Source of the DNA: Vicinamibacteria bacterium
GTDB taxonomy: Bacteria; Acidobacteriota; Vicinamibacteria; Marinacidobacterales; Marinacidobacteraceae
Assembly (NCBI GenBank): GCA_965199715.1
Contig: OZ241322.1
Location: forward strand, 736,001 to 800,000
DNA: 64,000 bases
Direction of reading: 5' to 3'
Positions 58,267-64,000 of the stretch are shown here, piece after piece. The translations under genes and the position numbers were made by a program. The number at the start of each line of letters is the position of its first letter. The first letter of the stretch is position 1. Below the pieces are notes generated by a model. The model was not told the origin of the DNA. It saw only the letters and a program-made list of their open reading frames with translations, and made no database searches.

Positions 58267-59402
58267 CGCCCGATCCGATCGCGTACCTCAAGGCCGCCGA
58301 GGCCGAAGCCGTCGAGGTCGGCGGGCCGCCCGCGATCGAACGGATCGGGATTGTCGGGTTCGGGACGATGGGCCGGGGGATCGCGCTCGCGGCCGCCGGC
58401 GCCGACTTCCCGGTCGCGGCGCACGAACCGGACGAGGCCGCGCGGACCCGCAGCCTCGACGCGCTCGAGGGAACGCTCGACCGGGCGGTCGCCCGGGGGC
58501 GGCTGTCCCCGGACGAGGCCGAGGCCCGGCGGGACCGCATTCGCGCCGGCTCGCTCGAAGACGCGGCGGGGGCCGGGTTCGTGGTGGAGGCGGTCTTCGA
58601 GGATCTCGACCTGAAGCGCCGGGTCTTCGCCCGGCTCGACCGGCTCGCGCCGACGGCGACGATCCTCGCGACGAACACGTCGTCGCTGGACCCGGACCGG
58701 ATCGCGGCGGCGACGAGTCGCCGCGACCGGGTGATCGGGGCGCACTTCTTCTCGCCGGCGCACGTGATGCGCCTCGTCGAGGTCGTGGTCGGGCGACGCA
58801 CTTCGCCGGCCACGCTCGAAACCACCCGGCGGCTCGCCGTCGCGCTCGGCAAGGTTCCGGTCGTCGTCGGCGTCTGCCCCGGCTTCGTCGGGAACCGGAT
58901 GCTCTACGCATTCCGCCGCGCCGCCGACCGGCTGCTGCTCGAGGGCGCCTCGCCGCGGAGCGTGGACGCCGCGCTGCGGGGGTTCGGGTTCAAGATGGGG
59001 CCGTTCGCGGTGGCGGACCTCGCCGGGCTGGACATCGGCCGAGCCGCCCGGAAGCTCGCCGGGACGCCCGAGGTCGTCGCCGACCGGCTCGCCGCGGCCG
59101 GGCGGCTCGGCCAGAAGACCGGGCGCGGCTTCTACCGCTACGACGGCTCGCGGACCCCCGTCCCCGATCCCGAGGTCGCCGCCGTGATCGCCGCGGAGTC
59201 GGAGCGCGCCGGCGTCGACCGCCGAAAGGTCTCCGCCGGCGAGATCGTCGAGCGATGCGTCGGGGCGCTCGCCCGGGAGGGCCGGCGCGTCCTCGCCGAG
59301 GGAGTCGCCCGGCGCGAGGCCGACGTGGACCTGATCTGGACTCTCGGCTACGGGTTCCCGAAGGAGCGCGGCGGCCCGCTGTTCCACGCCCGCAACGGAT
59401 AG
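58263..59402 (+). CDS. 3-hydroxyacyl-CoA dehydrogenase (no hydratase domain)
   Basis: GFGTMGRGIA, EAVFE, TNTSSL, HFFSPA, GFVGNR, GYGFP. Confidence 0.9.
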   Translation: MTPDPIAYLKAAEAEAVEVGGPPAIERIGIVGFGTMGRGIALAAAGADFPVAAHEPDEAARTRSLDALEGTLDRAVARGRLSPDEAEARRDRIRAGSLEDAAGAGFVVEAVFEDLDLKRRVFARLDRLAPTATILATNTSSLDPDRIAAATSRRDRVIGAHFFSPAHVMRLVEVVVGRRTSPATLETTRRLAVALGKVPVVVGVCPGFVGNRMLYAFRRAADRLLLEGASPRSVDAALRGFGFKMGPFAVADLAGLDIGRAARKLAGTPEVVADRLAAAGRLGQKTGRGFYRYDGSRTPVPDPEVAAVIAAESERAGVDRRKVSAGEIVERCVGALAREGRRVLAEGVARREADVDLIWTLGYGFPKERGGPLFHARNG

Positions 59403-59404
59403 CT

Positions 59405-59681
59405 CGCGAGGCGAAGAAGAACGCCCACGCCCGGAGGTTCTCGAAGTCGAGGAAGCGACGCCGGACGCCGGCGGGCGCGAACAGGCAGTCCCCCGGCCCG
59501 AACGCGACGGTCTCGTCCCCGAGCTGGAAACGCCCGGAGCCCTCGGCGATCACGTAGCACTCTTCCCGGTCGCGCGGCTGCTGCGGGTCGTCTCCCTCCG
59601 GCGCGTACCGGCCTCGAGCGCGACGAGGTAGCGGTCCTCGGGCAGCCGGGCGACGCAGTCCTCAAGCGCGAACCACGTCAC
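59405..59681 (-). pseudogene. Cupin-domain protein, frameshifted
   Basis: GTG overlapping the TipAS stop; LEAGT then frame change to YAPEGDDPQQPRDREECYVIAEGSG...GPGDCLFAPAG; metal-binding His residues appear replaced. Confidence 0.6.
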
Positions 59682-59989
59682 TGGTTGGCCCGGATCGCGT
59701 CCCGGACGAACTCCGCGAGGCCGGCGACGCGGTCGTCATGGCGCTTGCGGAAGCGCGGGTAGAACCAGCGGTCGATCCAGCGCCGGCGCTCCTCGGCGAG
59801 GCCGGTCGCTTCGGGGCTTGTCGGTTCGACGCCGCGGCGCAGCGCCTCGGCCAGCCCGGCCTCGATCCGGTCCGCCTCGTCGTGGATCCGGCGCAGTTCG
59901 TCGGGGCCGTAATTTTCGGCCCGCCGCCGGAACTCCCGCCATGCGGCGGCATGGCCCCACCGCGCCTTCGCCTCGCTCTCGATGTTCAT
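59678..59989 (-). CDS. TipAS antibiotic-recognition domain protein, internally shortened
   Basis: GGAGG SD; EAKARWG...G.EPTSPEA..LAE..RRWI...FY...GLAEFVRDAI.AN. Confidence 0.7.
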   Translation of the reverse strand: MNIESEAKARWGHAAAWREFRRRAENYGPDELRRIHDEADRIEAGLAEALRRGVEPTSPEATGLAEERRRWIDRWFYPRFRKRHDDRVAGLAEFVRDAIRANQ

Positions 59990-60965
59990 GACGGCCTCCC
60001 TCGGGCCGAGCGCTCCAGCCCGCGTCAGGCGGCTGCCAATACCGAGCGCGCGCCGTATTCCCAGCACCTGGCCGGGCCACTTGGTGACGTCCGTCAGGGT
60101 CGTCGAGGCGAAAGCCTTCCCTTTCGCATCGATTCCGCCAGGAATGTTGGATTTCCAGTCCACGTCACGACGATGGGGTCCCGGATCGAATCCCTCGTCG
60201 TACCGGGGAATCGCCCTTGACGACCCCATGACCGACGACAAGCTGGTCGCCCTTCTTGACGAAGATCGCATCGCCGGGCTTCACCACTCGGGAAACCTCC
60301 CAACCGGCCAAGACGTTCTGAAAGCCCAGTCCACTACGCCTTTCCAGGTCGTCCCTCGTCTTGCACTCCGTGAGGTCGTCGTTCTGTCCGAAACCGATGC
60401 GCGCGATCCCCTCTCGGCGACACCGATCCCAGTGCTTGGCGCCCTCGCCCGGCGCCATCAGCCAAAATCGAGGCGACTCCGGTGGTTCCGGGGAACCTGG
60501 GCCCATCGCAAGCGCACTTCGCACCTGATCCAGCCGCTTGGAATCCGTCGAAATGTTCTGAAGCAAGATGGGAGAGAACATCTTCGGCGACTTCAACTCC
60601 CGCCCCTCGGGATGATTCGACTGCCACTCAGCATCCCGTACGTGCGCGAACTCGCCCCGCTCGTCCCGATAGCGGTGTCGGGACGTGACGACGCCGTGCC
60701 CCCAAACGGCCGTCAAGCCCTTCTTCATGAACGGGATGTCGCCTTCTCTCACGTGATTGCTGAAGTCAAGGCACATTTCCGCAATCCACGGTCCACGCCC
60801 GGATTCCTCCATCTCCGTCGGCTTCTCGCATTGGGACCAGTCGCCGATCTTGGTCCTTCGGGAGCTCACGGCGATGACCCCTTCTTCCTTGCGGCACGCC
60901 TCCCAGTCCCGGACGCAGCGGTTCCCGGTGAGCCAGTACCGCTTTCCGTCAGCCACGACATTCAC
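59990..60965 (-). pseudogene. Tandem EVE/PUA-like (McrB/Mrr N-terminal-like) DNA-recognition domains, frameshift near 60200
   Basis: Two repeats of (Y/F)WL......WD.C..EG.......GD..F.KKG...V.GHGVV.....Y......H.R...W; lower GC. Confidence 0.55.
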
Positions 60966-61756
60966 TCCAGTTCATTCAGAAAATCCCCGAGCGTCCACCA
61001 GTTCGAAGGACTCGCTCCGCCCCCCTCGGCGTACACCAGCACCAGGTCCCACGACAGCCCCGCGTCCCCGCCGATCTCCGCGTCCAGGAAGATCGCCTCG
61101 CGCCCGGCGTCCAGCAGCGCGCACCGGCCGAACTGCACCCCCTGGAAGAACAGCGTCTCGGCGCGGTCCGGCTCGCCCCGCAGCGCCGCCTCGACGATGG
61201 GTTCGATCGTGTCCAGGTCTTCGCAGCCGGGCGCGCCCTCGAGTTCGAGCGTGACCTCGGGGCTCTCGAACGTCGCGTCCAGCAGCACGTTCTCGCCGGG
61301 CGCGAAGCGGGCGAAGACGCGGTGGTCCGGGTTGGGCGGGATCGCCGGCAGGCTCAGGTCGATCGGCTGGGAGTCGAGCGTGATGCTCCCGCCGTCCGAG
61401 AGCGCGATCTCGCCGCCGGGCACGCTCACTCCGTCGGCGTCGTGGTCGCCCCGGCGGAGGCGGTAGGCGAACTCCAGCCGCTCGCCCTCGATGGGCCGCA
61501 GTTCCGCGACCTGCCGCGAGAGGCCCAGATCGAACTCCAGCCACGCGGAACCCGCGGCCTCCAACTCGCCGCCGCGGGCGAGCGTGACCCCGAACACGAG
61601 CTCCTCGTCCACAAGGTACGTGCTTCCCCGTTGCGGCGCGGAAAGGATCTCGATCCGGTCCACCACCGGGTCCGGCGCGAACGGATCGGGCAGCGACGGG
61701 CCGACGCCGTTCTCGCAGCCGACGAGCAGCAGGAGTCCGGCGAACAGCCTCCTCAT
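60962..61756 (-). CDS. Lipoprotein with an Ig-like surface-protein domain
   Basis: LVGC lipobox; TY...E.L.F.V....LEFAY....GD.D.DGVS......L..GGSI. Confidence 0.6.
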   Translation of the reverse strand: MRRLFAGLLLLVGCENGVGPSLPDPFAPDPVVDRIEILSAPQRGSTYLVDEELVFGVTLARGGELEAAGSAWLEFDLGLSRQVAELRPIEGERLEFAYRLRRGDHDADGVSVPGGEIALSDGGSITLDSQPIDLSLPAIPPNPDHRVFARFAPGENVLLDATFESPEVTLELEGAPGCEDLDTIEPIVEAALRGEPDRAETLFFQGVQFGRCALLDAGREAIFLDAEIGGDAGLSWDLVLVYAEGGGASPSNWWTLGDFLNELE

Positions 61757-63240
61757 CGGCGCGCCCACGCCGCCGCCCGGTCGATCTCCTCCGCGCCGCG
61801 CGCTTCCTTCGGCGTGAGCAGGCTGGCGACGACCGCCGCCGCGAACCCGGCCCCGAACCCCACGACCATCTCGTACAGCTCGAAGAACTGCGGCTTGCCG
61901 TAGAGGTACCACAGCACCGAGGTCCCGAACCCGACGATCATCCCCGCCGCCGCGCCGGCGAGCGTCATCCGCTTCCAGAACACGCCGAGGATGGCCACCG
62001 GCGCGAACGCGCAGCCAAGGCCGGACCACGAGAACAGCACGAAGAAGAACACCACGCGGACCTCGGGCAGCGCGACCGCGACGCCGACGATCCCGAGCCC
62101 GAACGTCACCCACTTGCCGACGCGGACCACCCGCGCCTCGTCGGCGACGAAGCGGGCGAGCCGGCCCCCGCCCTCGCCGACGAGCTTCTGGAGCACGTCC
62201 CGCACCGCTGCGGACGAAGCGAGCAGCAGCACCGAGTCGGCGGTGGACATGATCGCCGCCAGCACCGCGACGAGGAACAGCCCGGTCACCAACGGCGGCG
62301 TCAGCTCGGACGCGAGGAACGGCAGGATTCCCTCCGGGTCGGCGATCCCCGGATAGAGCACCCGGCCCGCCATCCCGGTCAGGACCGCGCCGAGGTCGAA
62401 CAGGATGATCACGATCGTGGCCATGAGACCGCCGTCGGAGAGCGTCCGCCGGTTCTTCGAGGCCATGAAGCGGACGAGAAGCTGCGGCGCCCCCAGAAAC
62501 GCGAGCCCGACGCCGAGATGGCTCGCCACGTTGGCGATCCCCTGCCCCGACCAGCCGTCGGACCCGAGCGGGCGCAGCAGGCCCGGATCCGCGGACGCGA
62601 GCGCCGAAGCGAGCGCGCCGAGACCGCCGATCTCGGAGATCGCGACGAGCGGCAGCGCGACGAGCGCGGCGGCCATGAGCGTGGCCTGCATCAGGTCGCT
62701 CCACGCCACCGCCTTGAGTCCGCCGAGGCTCGTGTAGAAGAGGATGACCACGGCGCCGATGAGCACGCCCGCCTCGTAGGAGATCCCGGTGAACGACTCG
62801 AAGGTCTTGCCCGAGGCCGTGAGCTGGGCGGCCATGTACGTGCCCGCCATCACGAGGATCACGACCGACCCGATCATCCGCAGGATGCGGCGGCGGTCGG
62901 CGAACCGCTCCTCCATCCAGTCGGCCACGGTGATCGCCCGGTAGCGGTCGGCGAGCGCCTTGAACCGGGGGCCGACCACCATCCACGCGATCGCGGTGGC
63001 CAGCACCTCGCCGAACACGATCCACAGCGCGTTCACCCCCAGCACGAACCCCATGCCGGTGAGCCCGAGCAGCAGCCATGCGCTCTCGCCGGTGCTGGCC
63101 GCCGAGAACCCGACGACCGCCGCCGGCAGCTTCCGTCCGGCGAGGTAGTAGCCGGCGAGGTCCCCGGTGCTGCGCGAGCTCCAGATCGCGAGGCCGAACA
63201 GGATCGCGAGATACGTCCCGAGGACGATCCAGATCTCCAC
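61753..63240 (-). CDS. putP: Sodium/proline symporter (PutP-like)
   Basis: YYLAGR, ESAWLLLGLTG, YTSLGG..AV.WSD..Q, LGAPQ...RFMA, AAIMSTADS. Confidence 0.85.
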   Translation of the reverse strand: MEIWIVLGTYLAILFGLAIWSSRSTGDLAGYYLAGRKLPAAVVGFSAASTGESAWLLLGLTGMGFVLGVNALWIVFGEVLATAIAWMVVGPRFKALADRYRAITVADWMEERFADRRRILRMIGSVVILVMAGTYMAAQLTASGKTFESFTGISYEAGVLIGAVVILFYTSLGGLKAVAWSDLMQATLMAAALVALPLVAISEIGGLGALASALASADPGLLRPLGSDGWSGQGIANVASHLGVGLAFLGAPQLLVRFMASKNRRTLSDGGLMATIVIILFDLGAVLTGMAGRVLYPGIADPEGILPFLASELTPPLVTGLFLVAVLAAIMSTADSVLLLASSAAVRDVLQKLVGEGGGRLARFVADEARVVRVGKWVTFGLGIVGVAVALPEVRVVFFFVLFSWSGLGCAFAPVAILGVFWKRMTLAGAAAGMIVGFGTSVLWYLYGKPQFFELYEMVVGFGAGFAAAVVASLLTPKEARGAEEIDRAAAWARR

Positions 63241-63241
63241 G

Positions 63242-63346
63242 TCAGCCGCCCCGGCGGACGCGCCACGCGTTCCAGGCGGCGAGCGTCAGCCCGGGGATCA
63301 CGGCGACCGCCGCGAGGATCCAGGCGCTCGCCGGGAAGCCGCTCAC
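63242..63346 (-). CDS. 34-aa single-TM small protein preceding the symporter
   Basis: GTGA overlap with the upstream stop; MSGFPASAWILAAVAVIPGLTLAAWNAWRVRRGG; stop 1 nt before the putP start. Confidence 0.55.
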   Translation of the reverse strand: MSGFPASAWILAAVAVIPGLTLAAWNAWRVRRGG

Positions 63347-64000
63347 CGACCCGGCTCGCGCCGGATCGGGCGGTCGTCGTCGCGGTACATCGTCTCGTCG
63401 AGCCACGGATGGCCGCCATAGGGACGCGCCTCCGGCCAGATCTCGTCGAGGGTGTCCCCGTCGTACACCCGCCCGTCCTTGACGACGTACCGGACGTCCG
63501 CGGTGGCGCGGATGTCCTCGAGCGGGTTCCGGTTCAGCACCACGAGATCCGCCAGCTTGCCGGCCTCGACGGTGCCCGTCTCGTCGAGCAGCCCGAGGAA
63601 CAGCGCCCCCTGCCGGGTCGCGAGGTCGAGCGCTCCCTCCGCCCCCATCGCCGCCTCGGCCATCCAGATCTCCCAGTGCGAGCCGATCCCGTGGTGCTGC
63701 CCGTGCGCTCCGATCGCGCCCGAACCGCCCTCGGCGACGACGTCCTGGAGCCCCTGCGCCAGCAACGGGAAGCTGTAGTCGGTCTCGGGACGCAGCGGAC
63801 GGCGCCGGGTGTGCGGCAGCAGCATCCGCCAAGGCAGCCAGCGCCGCTGCTTCGGGTCGCGCCAGTTCGCCGACTCCTGCCAGAAGTACTCCTCGTTCCA
63901 GACCGACGGCCCGCCCACGACGAAGGTGATCGAATAGACCGTGCTCGTCCGCCCGAAGAAACGCGCCGCGTCCGAATAGAGCGGGACGTAGCTGAGCGGG
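63343..64000 (-). CDS. Amidohydrolase family protein, C-terminal part (5' end outside window)
   Basis: IGAHGQ..GIG.HWEIW, GTVEAGKLADLVVL..NPLEDI...V.DGR.YD. Confidence 0.85.
   Translation of the reverse strand, partial: PLSYVPLYSDAARFFGRTSTVYSITFVVGGPSVWNEEYFWQESANWRDPKQRRWLPWRMLLPHTRRRPLRPETDYSFPLLAQGLQDVVAEGGSGAIGAHGQHHGIGSHWEIWMAEAAMGAEGALDLATRQGALFLGLLDETGTVEAGKLADLVVLNRNPLEDIRATADVRYVVKDGRVYDGDTLDEIWPEARPYGGHPWLDETMYRDDDRPIRREPGR

Noticed and set aside
1-64000. CRISPR array, tRNA, rRNA
   Set aside because: No regularly spaced repeats or recognisable structural RNA sequences seen by eye.

Overview
A very GC-rich (about 70%) bacterial chromosomal window. Gene content (DUF1549/DUF1553-DUF1501 cluster, many peptidases, sulfatase/FGE, TPR protein) suggests an Acidobacteriota-like organism, but this is inference only. 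Most long ORFs in the supplied track are high-GC shadow frames. About 60 real genes tile the window, often with 4-bp start/stop overlaps. Housekeeping and metabolic regions (1-19.9 kb, 36.5-64 kb) contain metG, an Fe3+ ABC transporter with a Fur-like box, HtrA, cofE/fno, a hydantoin/N-carbamoyl amino acid catabolic cluster and symporters. They flank an accessory island at about 19.9-36.5 kb. The island holds the most striking signal: two divergently oriented DUF1156 adenine DNA-methyltransferase alleles that form long inverted repeats. Two near-identical blocks (866 and 176 bp) and a more diverged 519-bp block alternate with allele-specific variable regions, and only the right-hand copy owns the C-terminal tail. 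Between the copies lie two intact, translationally coupled tyrosine recombinases (one ending in an AbrB/MazE-like domain) and a PD-(D/E)xK nuclease with a SeqA-like C-terminal domain and an early TAA. This looks like a candidate invertible, shufflon-like specificity switch for a DUF1156 methyltransferase. A complete nurA-herA-sbcD(mre11)-sbcC(rad50) operon follows. No rRNA, tRNA or CRISPR array was seen.
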